A DNA stretch of 64,000 bases from NCBI GenBank assembly GCA_014804485.1, contig JAAUZT010000034.1, positions 18,339-82,338 on the forward strand. The letters are read 5' to 3'. Position 1 is the first letter of the stretch, and each line of letters begins with the position of its first letter. The position numbers and the translations under genes are program-made. The DNA is from Lachnospiraceae bacterium (GTDB lineage: Bacteria; Bacillota; Clostridia; Lachnospirales; Lachnospiraceae). The notes under the pieces were generated by a model. That model ran no database searches, was not told the origin of the DNA, and saw only the letters and a list, made by a program, of their open reading frames with translations. Of this stretch, positions 10,212 to 18,633 are shown in pieces.

Positions 10212-10955
10212 ATGTATGTGGAAATGAGACAGATCAATAAAACTTTTGACGGCTTTCAAGCTTCTAAAGATGTGAGCTTCGGCGTAGAAAAAGGACATCT
10301 GGCGGCATTACTCGGTCCCAGTGGGAGCGGTAAGACAACCATTTTAAGAATGATTGCCGGATTGGACAGACCGGATTCGGGCGATATCATGATCAACGGA
10401 AGCAGAGTGAATGATATACCGGGAAGCAAGCGCGGGATCGGATTTGTTTTTCAGAATTACGCGTTGTTCCGCTATATGACGGTAGCGGACAACATTGCAT
10501 TTGGTTTGGAAGTGCAGAAAAAAAGCAAGACAGAGATCAAGAATCGGGTAGAAGAACTTCTGGAGCTGGTTTCTATGCAGGAACTTGGTAAGAGATATCC
10601 CCATCAACTATCCGGAGGACAAAGGCAGAGGGTAGCGTTTGCCCGTGCGCTGGCACCTGATCCGCAGCTCCTTCTGTTGGATGAACCTTTTGCGGCGATT
10701 GACGCTAAAGTACGGCGGGAACTGAGAACGTGGCTGAAAGAGATGATTGGAAGAGTGGGAGTTACCAGCATTTTTGTAACGCATGACCAGGAGGAAGCGG
10801 TGGAAGTCGCGGATACCGTAATTATAACTAATCAGGGCAGGATAGAACAGGTGGGAACGCCGGAAGATGTATGTAGGCGGCCGCAGACGGAATTTGTGAA
10901 AGAGTTTATTGATGCGGCGCGGTTTGAGGCGATGATGGCGATGACGGGGAAATAG
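10212..10955 (+). CDS. cysA: Sulfate ABC transporter ATP-binding protein (short form)
   Basis: GPSGSGKT, LSGGQRQR, LLLDEPF, VTHDQEEA; operon context. Confidence 0.9.
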   Translation: MYVEMRQINKTFDGFQASKDVSFGVEKGHLAALLGPSGSGKTTILRMIAGLDRPDSGDIMINGSRVNDIPGSKRGIGFVFQNYALFRYMTVADNIAFGLEVQKKSKTEIKNRVEELLELVSMQELGKRYPHQLSGGQRQRVAFARALAPDPQLLLLDEPFAAIDAKVRRELRTWLKEMIGRVGVTSIFVTHDQEEAVEVADTVIITNQGRIEQVGTPEDVCRRPQTEFVKEFIDAARFEAMMAMTGK

Positions 10956-11103
10956 AAGATGTTTTACTGTTCGGGTAGCGTAGAAGAAGATTCTAAATCA
11001 AAATACAGTGGTAAAATCTATAAAGATACAATACCTAGCGATTGACAGATATGATATAATTAAGCATATATTACAGTATGGTCAATCAAGAAAGTTAAGT
11101 ACA

Positions 11104-11526
11104 ATGACGGATGAGAATTATTTAAAATTTCCAAGTGTTCTTAGAGAAAAGGCTTGTAATGGTGAAATAATTTTCCCGGATAATGCATACTTTGTATATG
11201 AGCCTATATTAGCATATAGAGGTATACAACGGGAATGTGATGATGTCAGTGCTGTTACCAGAGCGGATTTTATGTCGTATGCGGAGAAGAATATACGCAG
11301 GCGTGGCATTGACAAGAAAGACCCTCATTATTATGGAGTGTCTCTATTTCTAAACAAGGTCTCTGTTGAGAATGCATTAAAGTTTCCAAGAGTGGATAGA
11401 AAAATTGCGGTAGGGCATGTTTATTCGGAAGCTGGTCCGGCGGAGATTAATGAAGCTACAGAGCATGTATGCTGGTGGCTGTATGAAAATGTTGAAATTC
11501 ATGGGTTTGAAATTTGTCAGGAGTGA
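11104..11526 (+). CDS. Putative toxin with ADP-ribosyltransferase-like fold (CmdT-like)
   Basis: About 140 aa; AYR, GVSLF and HVCWW pattern resembles ART R/S strands; first gene of a triad ending in a SecB-like gene; start uncertain (ORF track begins at 11008). Confidence 0.5.
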   Translation: MTDENYLKFPSVLREKACNGEIIFPDNAYFVYEPILAYRGIQRECDDVSAVTRADFMSYAEKNIRRRGIDKKDPHYYGVSLFLNKVSVENALKFPRVDRKIAVGHVYSEAGPAEINEATEHVCWWLYENVEIHGFEICQE

Positions 11527-11532
11527 AAGATA

Positions 11533-12201
11533 ATGGAACAACAGGTTTATTTTGTAATTAATCATGATGAGTTGATTTTAGACAAGGTGTTGGTGGAATA
11601 TAATGAAGAACCTATTTTCTTTGTATGCAAGCATGAACAAGATTACTATATTGTTTCCTGCGCTGATATGGAGGAAGAAAGGTATATTGTAACGAGAACA
11701 ACGCTTAATCGTCTGTCTAAGATGCTGCATGAAAGAATGACTATGCGGGAATTAATTTTGGATTCAGACAAATTTTGGGATGTTATTGTTGGAGAAGACG
11801 TTACAGAGGACATAGTCATTGAAAAAAAAATAGATCAAATTCCAACGAATGTTTTGCCATATGAAGGAGCCTATTTAAAAGTAGCTACCAGAGATTTAAA
11901 AGAATATGTTGAAAGAATTGATTCTATACTTTATGGAGAAGGAATTTGGGAGAGGAAGATAACGCAGGATTGCGCGGAATATATTAATGAATTGGTTGAA
12001 ATTATCTATGAACGATATGAGACGGTGTTTCAGACTATATATGAAAGTGTGATTAAGGGAACAAAAAGTGATTTCTTGCAAACCTGTGATAAAGATGTTT
12101 ATGATAAAGAAATCTATAATTTAAAGATACAAGTTAATGCTAAAGAAGCAGAAATGGATGTGATACTTCTAAATAGTGATAAATCCCCTTTTGCAGCATA
12201 A
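11533..12201 (+). CDS. Putative antitoxin (DUF6575-like N-terminus, acidic tail ending in AA)
   Basis: Lies between the putative toxin and SecB-like gene; VLVEYNEEPIFFVC N-terminus; ends SDKSPFAA. Confidence 0.5.
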   Translation: MEQQVYFVINHDELILDKVLVEYNEEPIFFVCKHEQDYYIVSCADMEEERYIVTRTTLNRLSKMLHERMTMRELILDSDKFWDVIVGEDVTEDIVIEKKIDQIPTNVLPYEGAYLKVATRDLKEYVERIDSILYGEGIWERKITQDCAEYINELVEIIYERYETVFQTIYESVIKGTKSDFLQTCDKDVYDKEIYNLKIQVNAKEAEMDVILLNSDKSPFAA

Positions 12202-12216
12202 ATAGAGGTAAAAAAT

Positions 12217-12636
12217 ATGAAAAAAGAAATAGAGAGCGTTTTGAGTTTAGATAAGCTTGTGTTCGAAAAAATTGAGTTTAAACGAACGGGCATGAAGAAT
12301 GAAAAAGAAATTGAATTTAATTTACAAGTGGTTGTTAATAAAAAGCAGGATGAAGAAATATATAAAGTTACGCTGATACTTATAGGAAATAAAGAAAAAG
12401 AATATACATTAGAAATTACATTATCCGGATATTTTTCGTTTGATGGGAATGAAGAATTGGATGAGAAATTTAAAAGGGCGCTGATTAATAAAAATGCAGT
12501 GGCTATTATTATGCCATATATGAGGAGTCAGGTATCGTTAATAACAGCACAACCGGAAGTAGATTGTGTAGTATTGCCGCCGTTTAATATTGTGGGAATG
12601 ATGGCTGAGCAAAATCAGAACAAAATGAATTCCTAA
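12217..12636 (+). CDS. SecB-like chaperone
   Basis: 139 aa; LEITLSGYF, NAVAIIMPYMRSQVSLIT and VLPPFN match the SecB-like signature. Confidence 0.85.
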   Translation: MKKEIESVLSLDKLVFEKIEFKRTGMKNEKEIEFNLQVVVNKKQDEEIYKVTLILIGNKEKEYTLEITLSGYFSFDGNEELDEKFKRALINKNAVAIIMPYMRSQVSLITAQPEVDCVVLPPFNIVGMMAEQNQNKMNS

Positions 12637-12661
12637 AGAAAATGTTTTTATATGTCGATAC
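12633..12661 (+). promoter_or_regulatory. sigma28 (SigD/FliA)-type promoter, copy 1
   Basis: CTAAA (12633-12637), 16-nt spacer, GTCGATAC (12654-12661); the -35 overlaps the stop codon of the SecB-like gene. Confidence 0.75.
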
Positions 12662-12668
12662 ATCATAC

Positions 12669-12761
12669 AGTAATTCAGGATGAATGAGAATTGTTGCATG
12701 GATGCGGACATAAGGCTGAATATAAAAGCTGCCATTGCATCAAGGTGCAATGGCAGCTTTT
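12669..12761 (+). ncRNA. GGA-hairpin / terminator RNA element, copy 1
   Basis: ATTCAGGATGAAT; TTGCATGGATGCGG; 16-bp stem AAAAGCTGCCATTGCA/TGCAATGGCAGCTTTT (12724-12761). Confidence 0.75.
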
Positions 12762-12830
12762 GTGGAATGTATTTAGTGGGTGCATTTATGCAAAACATAT
12801 TAAAATGCTCATGTTGAAATGAGGACAGTT

Positions 12831-15275
12831 ATGGTTAAACTAGGAACGAAAGCGGAAACGCTACAGCGGATTTATCAAAAGTTAAAACACGCAGAAGTAT
12901 TACCGCAGTATACTTTTACTGTAGGAGAATGGGGGACTAATCCTGCCCAAGTAGAAAAAAAGTTTCTGTTATTAAATTGGAACAAAGAAGTGATTGTGAG
13001 AAGTAGTTCTCTTGCAGAAGATACAAGCAGTAACTCTCAGGCGGGGAAATATGAATCCATTGCCAGTGTATCCGGTGTAGAGGAATTTCGGAAGGCTGTA
13101 GAGACGGTTATTGGCTCATATGATGATGACAGCAAGGATAATCAAGTTTTGGTGCAGCCTATGCTCGCCGATGTCAGCGTATGTGGTGTTGCGTTTACCT
13201 TAGACCCGAACACAATGGGAAATTATTATGTGATCAATTATGATGATAAGGGGTCTACTTCTGCCATCACATCGGGGAATGGGACTTCAAACAAATTATA
13301 CTATAAATTTAAGCAAGAAATCTGCGGGCAGATTCTGGCGGAAGAGAGAGAAGGACAAGTTCCGAATTCAGCACATCCGGTATCCGCATCAGGGAAGCTA
13401 ATTGAGCAATTATGTTTGGCGCTACAGGAGCTCGAGAACTTTTTCGGACAGAATAATCTGGATGTAGAGTTTGCCTTTACAGGGACAAATGAGCTTTATA
13501 TTTTGCAGGTAAGACCTTTGTGCATTCAGGGAGAACCGGCTGACAGGGAGCAACAGGAGAAGCAGTTGCGGCGGATCAGAGAGACGATACGACAGGCACA
13601 GAAGAAAAAGCCATTCTTATGCGGGGAAAAAGCTCTTTATAGTGTTATGACTGACTGGAATCCTGCGGAAATGATCGGTATTCGCCCGAAACCGCTGGCG
13701 CTGTCTCTTTATCGCGAGATTATTACTGACAGTGTGTGGGCATATCAGCGAGATAATTATGGGTATCGTAATTTAAGAAGTTTCCCTTTGATGGTGGATT
13801 TCGGCGGATTGCCGTATATTGACGTGAGAGTAAGCTTCAATTCCTTTGTTCCGGCGGGCTTGGAAGAGGAACTTAGTGACAAGCTGGTAAATTATTATCT
13901 GGATCGGCTGATTGAGAATCCGGCAAAACACGATAAGGCGGAATTTGATATTGTATTTTCCTGCTATACTTTTGATCTGCCGCAGAGGATATTAATACTC
14001 AAAGATTATGGATTTTCGGAAGCGGAAGTTAATAAGATTATCGATGCGCTCAGAGATGTGACGAACAATATTATTGATCATAAGAACGGTCTGTGGCGTA
14101 AAGATTATGGAAAGATTCAGACTCTAAATAGGCGATATGAAGAAATTATGTCCAGTGACTTTAGTAAGATTGAAAAAATTTACTGGTTGCTGGAGGATTG
14201 TAAGCGTTATGGAACGCTTCCTTTTGCAGGGCTTGCCAGAGCAGCATTTATTGCCGTGCAGATGTTACGATCTCTTGTAACCTGTGGGATTCTTTCGAAA
14301 GCGGATTATGAGTCATTTATGAGTGGGGTTAATTCGGTGAGCTCGGATATGAATCATGATTATGTGGAACTGTCACAGAAAGCTTTTCTTAAGAAATATG
14401 GGCATTTGCGACCGGGTACTTATGATATTACTTCCTTACGCTATGATGAAGCACCGGAATTATATTTTGAATGGAATAGTAAGTTGGTGGGGAATATGGC
14501 AAATTTGCTTGCCAAAGAGAATGCGGAATACGAAGGTGAAAAGGCAGAGGGTGAGCATAAAGGGAAAGAAGATTTCCGGTTATCGCTACAGCAGTTGAGC
14601 TTGTTGAAAAAACAGTTATGTGAAAATGGATTGACTAATGATATACTGGAACTGATGGATTTTATTAAGACTGTCATAGAGGGACGAGAGTACGGTAAGT
14701 TTGCATTTACCAGAAACTTAAGTATGGCACTTAAGCTGATCGGGGAGGTCGGACAGGAACATGGAATCATGAAAGAAGACTGTGCGTTCCTCCATATACA
14801 TGATATTTATGAACTATACGCATCTGCGGGGGATGTGCGGACAAGCTTCCTGCACTCTATAGAGAGAGGAAAGTGTGATTACGAAGAGACGCGATCTATT
14901 ACGCTGCCGCCTATGATTATAAATTCGGAAGATGTGCTACAGTTTTATTATCCGGATTCGGAACCTAATTATATCACGTCACAGCGGACAGTCGGGGAAG
15001 TCTATGTTCTTGAAGCGGCAATCGGGGCGGAGGATCTGAGGGATAAGATTGTTTTGATACCCAGCGCGGATCCGGGATATGATTGGATTTTTTCACATCG
15101 GATCAAGGGATTTATTACGATGTTCGGTGGTGCCAATTCGCATATGGCGATCCGCGCAGGTGAACTATCTATTCCTGCAGTGGTGGGAGTGGGCGCCAAG
15201 AACTTTGAGCGGTATAGGAATGCGCAGATGCTGGAGATCGATGCGGGTGGAAAGTTGGTTAGAGTATTGAAGTAG
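12831..15275 (+). CDS. L-glutamine kinase (Cj1418-like, PEP-utilising/PPDK fold), phosphoramidate biosynthesis
   Basis: GTKAETL, IVRSS..ED, MTDWNPAEMIG, YGHLRPGTYDI, ADPGYDWIF and GGANSHMAIR (phospho-His domain). Confidence 0.88.
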   Translation: MVKLGTKAETLQRIYQKLKHAEVLPQYTFTVGEWGTNPAQVEKKFLLLNWNKEVIVRSSSLAEDTSSNSQAGKYESIASVSGVEEFRKAVETVIGSYDDDSKDNQVLVQPMLADVSVCGVAFTLDPNTMGNYYVINYDDKGSTSAITSGNGTSNKLYYKFKQEICGQILAEEREGQVPNSAHPVSASGKLIEQLCLALQELENFFGQNNLDVEFAFTGTNELYILQVRPLCIQGEPADREQQEKQLRRIRETIRQAQKKKPFLCGEKALYSVMTDWNPAEMIGIRPKPLALSLYREIITDSVWAYQRDNYGYRNLRSFPLMVDFGGLPYIDVRVSFNSFVPAGLEEELSDKLVNYYLDRLIENPAKHDKAEFDIVFSCYTFDLPQRILILKDYGFSEAEVNKIIDALRDVTNNIIDHKNGLWRKDYGKIQTLNRRYEEIMSSDFSKIEKIYWLLEDCKRYGTLPFAGLARAAFIAVQMLRSLVTCGILSKADYESFMSGVNSVSSDMNHDYVELSQKAFLKKYGHLRPGTYDITSLRYDEAPELYFEWNSKLVGNMANLLAKENAEYEGEKAEGEHKGKEDFRLSLQQLSLLKKQLCENGLTNDILELMDFIKTVIEGREYGKFAFTRNLSMALKLIGEVGQEHGIMKEDCAFLHIHDIYELYASAGDVRTSFLHSIERGKCDYEETRSITLPPMIINSEDVLQFYYPDSEPNYITSQRTVGEVYVLEAAIGAEDLRDKIVLIPSADPGYDWIFSHRIKGFITMFGGANSHMAIRAGELSIPAVVGVGAKNFERYRNAQMLEIDAGGKLVRVLK

Positions 15276-15299
15276 AGACGAAGCCTGTATATGGATATA

Positions 15300-15328
15300 C
15301 TAAATAAATCTATTTTATATGCCGATAA
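15300..15328 (+). promoter_or_regulatory. sigma28-type promoter, copy 2
   Basis: CTAAA (15300-15304), N16, GCCGATAA (15321-15328): consensus match. Confidence 0.85.
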
Positions 15329-15335
15329 TCATTAT

Positions 15336-15434
15336 AGTCATTCAGGATGAATGTAAGCATAATGCAGGGATGCGACATATGATAGAAAAGTTAACTGTCA
15401 TTGCATCGGGATTCGGGATGTAATGACAGTTTTT
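15336..15434 (+). ncRNA. GGA-hairpin / terminator RNA element, copy 2
   Basis: CATTCAGGATGAATG; TGCAGGGATGCG; 15-bp stem AACTGTCATTGCATC/GATGTAATGACAGTT followed by TTT. Confidence 0.78.
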
Positions 15435-15495
15435 GCGTGAATATAGAATATGTTTATTCTGCTGTTCATGGTAATAAAGAAAAGGAGAGGACAAG

Positions 15496-16263
15496 ATGAA
15501 GCACGGAGATTTTACAGAATTGGCAAAGTTCTACGGAAACAGACCGGGATACTCTAAGGTAGTATTAGAGTGTCTGAAGAACCACGTGTTTAATACAGTT
15601 GGAGAAGGTAAGGTAGCGGATATCGGTGCCGGAACCGGAAAACTAACAGAAAATCTGTTAGAAATCGGACTTAGAGGCTTCGCGGTAGAGCCGAATGAGG
15701 CTATGCGCGTCGAGGCAGCAAAACATGCTTGGGGAGAAAAGTTTATCTGGTCTGAAGGATATGCAGAAACGACAGGTCTTGAGGATAATTGTGCGAACTG
15801 GGCTTTGATGGGTTCTTCTTTTCACTGGGCAGACAGCAAGCTGGCAGTGAAAGAGTTTCACCGAATTCTTGTTCCGGGCGGTTTCTTTACTGCGATATGG
15901 AATCCGAGGGATATTGAGAGTAGTGAATTACATCAAAAAATCGAGGAAGCTGTTTATTCGGAAATGCCGACAATGAAAAGGGTTTCTTCCGGCAAGGCGA
16001 TTTCTACGGAGGAAATGAAAGAAAAACTGCTTAGTGGAGGATATTTTAAAGATATTCTTTTTGTTGAAGCGCCCCATGTGGAGATTATGACAAAAGAAAG
16101 ATATATGAATACATGGAAGTCTGTGAATGATATTCAAGTGCAGGCAGGCGAAGAAGGATTTCAAAGGATTTTAGAAAAAATAGAAAAGATTATTTCTGAA
16201 TTTGATGAAATAGAGGTTCCCTATCGCTCAAGATCATGGACGGTGCAGAATTGTAAAAGGTGA
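15496..16263 (+). CDS. SAM-dependent methyltransferase (Cj1419-like)
   Basis: MKHGDFT..RPGYS, VADIGAGTG, AVEPN, SSFHW, IWNPRD; sits in the MeOPN cluster. Confidence 0.82.
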   Translation: MKHGDFTELAKFYGNRPGYSKVVLECLKNHVFNTVGEGKVADIGAGTGKLTENLLEIGLRGFAVEPNEAMRVEAAKHAWGEKFIWSEGYAETTGLEDNCANWALMGSSFHWADSKLAVKEFHRILVPGGFFTAIWNPRDIESSELHQKIEEAVYSEMPTMKRVSSGKAISTEEMKEKLLSGGYFKDILFVEAPHVEIMTKERYMNTWKSVNDIQVQAGEEGFQRILEKIEKIISEFDEIEVPYRSRSWTVQNCKR

Positions 16264-16329
16264 AAAGTATATTAAAGTGTCCTGTACAATCAGAATATGA
16301 ATACACAAGTGAAGGCATAAGGGAGAGAC

Positions 16330-16938
16330 ATGGGTTCAGACATGAAAGTTGTACTATATACGCAGAGAGTTGAATTAATAGAGAGTTATGGAGAGCGGCG
16401 TGACTGTGCTGATCAGAATATCCCACGTTTTATTGAAGCGTGTGGATATTTGCCGATTCCATTGCCGAATATCAGAAATATTGCAGAGAAGTTGATAGAG
16501 CAAATACAGCCGTCGGGAATTATTTTGACGGGTGGAAATAGCTTGGCTAAATATGGCGGAGATGCACCGGAAAGAGATGAGGCGGAGAGGCGGATTTTAG
16601 ATGTTTCCCTAGAACGTGATATACCGGTATACGGATTTTGCAGGGGGATGCAGGTGATCTTAGATTACTTTGATTGTGAATTGAATCAAGTGCAGGGTCA
16701 TGTGGCAGTCCATCATAAGGTTTCAGGAGTATTAGGTGAACTGGAAGTAAACAGTTTTCATAATCAGGCATGTTATAGAGTAAAAGATCCGGTGGAAGTG
16801 TTGGCGCAGACGCAGGATGGTGTAATAGAAGCGGTACAGCATAAGAATAAGCGTATTTTAGGAACTATGTGGCATCCGGAACGAGAGACTCCATTCCCAG
16901 ATTTGGATATTCAACGGATACAAAAATTATTTGGATAA
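16330..16938 (+). CDS. gamma-glutamyl-CDP-amidate hydrolase (Cj1417-like class I glutamine amidotransferase)
   Basis: TQRV..ERRD, LTGGN, GFCRGMQ, VNSFH, MWHPER. Confidence 0.85.
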   Translation: MGSDMKVVLYTQRVELIESYGERRDCADQNIPRFIEACGYLPIPLPNIRNIAEKLIEQIQPSGIILTGGNSLAKYGGDAPERDEAERRILDVSLERDIPVYGFCRGMQVILDYFDCELNQVQGHVAVHHKVSGVLGELEVNSFHNQACYRVKDPVEVLAQTQDGVIEAVQHKNKRILGTMWHPERETPFPDLDIQRIQKLFG

Positions 16939-16997
16939 TTATTTCCAAAGCTATTTTTTTAGAGAAAAAGCTGCGAATTGTGAAATTTATTTCAACC

Positions 16998-17084
16998 CAA
17001 GTAGTCTGGCTCTCCAAAGAGATTTTAAGAACTGCCGGAATTGAATTAAATGAAGTGTTGGATGTAACGGTATCTAATGGAATG
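16998..17084 (+). pseudogene. Fragment of an AbrB/MazE-like antitoxin
   Basis: Translates to QVVWLSKEILRTAGIELNEVLDVTVSNGM, resembling the AbrB/MazE core; no intact N-terminus (WGNS motif) and no partner toxin. Confidence 0.45.
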
Positions 17085-17109
17085 AAGTGTGAAATTGTAG
17101 AGGATGGTA

Positions 17110-17138
17110 CTAAGGAAATTTATTTGATATGCCGATAG
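17110..17138 (+). promoter_or_regulatory. sigma28-type promoter, copy 3
   Basis: CTAAG (17110-17114), N16, GCCGATAG (17131-17138). Confidence 0.78.
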
Positions 17139-17145
17139 TTATTAT

Positions 17146-17236
17146 AGTTATTCAGGATGAATGAAAGAACGTTGCATGGATGCGATATAGGATAGGAAGA
17201 TTGACTGTCATTGCATTGAGATGTGATGGCAGTTTT
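17146..17236 (+). ncRNA. GGA-hairpin / terminator RNA element, copy 3
   Basis: ATTCAGGATGAAT; GTTGCATGGATGCGAT; two extra AGGA; 13-bp stem ACTGTCATTGCAT/ATGTGATGGCAGT (three G-U pairs) followed by TTT. Confidence 0.75.
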
Positions 17237-17271
17237 ATAATTAAACTTTTTCTAAAAAGGGGGATAGACTA

Positions 17272-18051
17272 ATGAAAATAATTATATTAGCAGCAGGGCA
17301 GGGAACCAGACTGCGTCCTTTGACGAATGACAGGCCGAAGTGCATGGTGGAAGTGAACGGAAGAACCCTTATTGAAAGGCAGCTTGATACTATGCGAACC
17401 TGTGGGATGAAGGATGACGACATTATCATTGTGTGCGGTTACTGCAGCGATGTGTTAAAAAAGAAGTTTGAAGATACAAACATTCATTTCATTGTAAACG
17501 AACAATATGACACCACGAATATGGTGTGCTCTTTGATGTGCGCAAGAAGATTGATGGAATCGGAAGAAGATATCATTATTTCTTATGGAGATATTATTTA
17601 CGGAGCAGATGTCTTTAAAAAAATATTAGCGGCAGAAGATGATATGTCAGTCATTGTAGATGATGGCTGGTATGAGTACTGGTCTGAACGCTGTGAGAAT
17701 CCTTTAGATGACGCAGAGACATTAATGTTTGATCAAAACAATTACTTGACGGAGATTGGACAGAAGACTACAGAGCTTGCGAGGGTACAGTCCCAGTATA
17801 TTGGCTTGATGCGTTTTAAGGGAATGGGATTAAAAACATTGTTACATCTGAGCTCAGAAGCGGAGAGAAAAAGTAATAATGGTGAAGCACTTTGGAGAAC
17901 AACTAGGAATTATGCTAAAATGTATATGACAGATTTGTTACAGGGGCTGATTGATGAGGGACATAAACTGCGTGCGGTTCATATACAGAGGGGCTGGTTC
18001 GAGATTGATGATTGTGAGGATTTAAAGGTTGTTGAGTCGCAAGTGGATTAA
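17272..18051 (+). CDS. CTP:phosphoglutamine cytidylyltransferase (Cj1416-like, LicC family)
   Basis: IILAAGQGTRLRPLT..PKC, TNMVCSL, SYGDI, EID; cluster context. Confidence 0.82.
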   Translation: MKIIILAAGQGTRLRPLTNDRPKCMVEVNGRTLIERQLDTMRTCGMKDDDIIIVCGYCSDVLKKKFEDTNIHFIVNEQYDTTNMVCSLMCARRLMESEEDIIISYGDIIYGADVFKKILAAEDDMSVIVDDGWYEYWSERCENPLDDAETLMFDQNNYLTEIGQKTTELARVQSQYIGLMRFKGMGLKTLLHLSSEAERKSNNGEALWRTTRNYAKMYMTDLLQGLIDEGHKLRAVHIQRGWFEIDDCEDLKVVESQVD

Positions 18052-18123
18052 GCTGAAGATATTCATATCTTGTGGAATAAATCGGTTAATAGGTGTTTCG
18101 AAATGAAGGAATGATATGTATAT

Positions 18124-18633
18124 ATGAATACGGTATATTGGATTACAGGACTTTCTGGTGCGGGTAAGACGACAATTGGAAAACTGTTTTATGAGAAAAT
18201 AAAAGAAAAATATCCCAATACAGTGTTTCTTGACGGTGATACACTCCGAAAGGTATTCGGCGATGATTTAGGCTATTCTAAAGAAGATCGTAGGAAGTGT
18301 GCCATGCGGTATGCGAGATTGTGTGCTATGTTGCAGGAACAGGGGATGAATGTTATCTGTTGTACTATATCTATGTTTGATAGTGTCAGGATGTGGAATA
18401 AGGAGCACATTTGTAACTATAAAGAAATTTATGTAAAGGTTTCGGTGGATACGCTAAGAACCAGAGATCAAAAAGGACTATATAGTGGAACCACGGAAGA
18501 AGAATCGTTAGAAGTTGTTGGCGTTGATTGGGAGGTTGAAGAACCGAAGAATCCGGATCTGGTTCTGATAAATGATGGCGAGTGTTCCCCTAAGGAGCAG
18601 GTAGATAAGATATTGCATTATTGCATCGAGTGA
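18124..18633 (+). CDS. Cytidine diphosphoramidate 3'-kinase (Cj1415-like, APS-kinase family)
   Basis: WITGLSGAGKTT, LDGDTLR, TISMF, RDQKGLY; a separate CysC domain already exists in cysNC. Confidence 0.78.
   Translation: MNTVYWITGLSGAGKTTIGKLFYEKIKEKYPNTVFLDGDTLRKVFGDDLGYSKEDRRKCAMRYARLCAMLQEQGMNVICCTISMFDSVRMWNKEHICNYKEIYVKVSVDTLRTRDQKGLYSGTTEEESLEVVGVDWEVEEPKNPDLVLINDGECSPKEQVDKILHYCIE

Noticed and set aside
11822-11830. A9 tract and other A/T runs as phase-variation switches
   Set aside because: Expected in AT-rich DNA; reading frames are intact; I saw no long poly-G/C tracts like those in Campylobacter MeOPN loci.
12538-12798. 86-aa minus-strand ORF across module copy 1 (possible type I toxin or peptide)
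   Set aside because: I saw no equivalent ORF in the other three copies, and the G-U pairing pattern supports a + strand RNA structure.
12831-15275. PEP synthase / pyruvate phosphate dikinase annotation
   Set aside because: Domain order (ATP-grasp, central domain, C-terminal His domain) and neighbours match glutamine kinase; no pyruvate-binding barrel recognised.
18124-18633. Second cysC (APS kinase)
   Set aside because: CysC is already fused in cysNC; context matches the Cj1415-type kinase.
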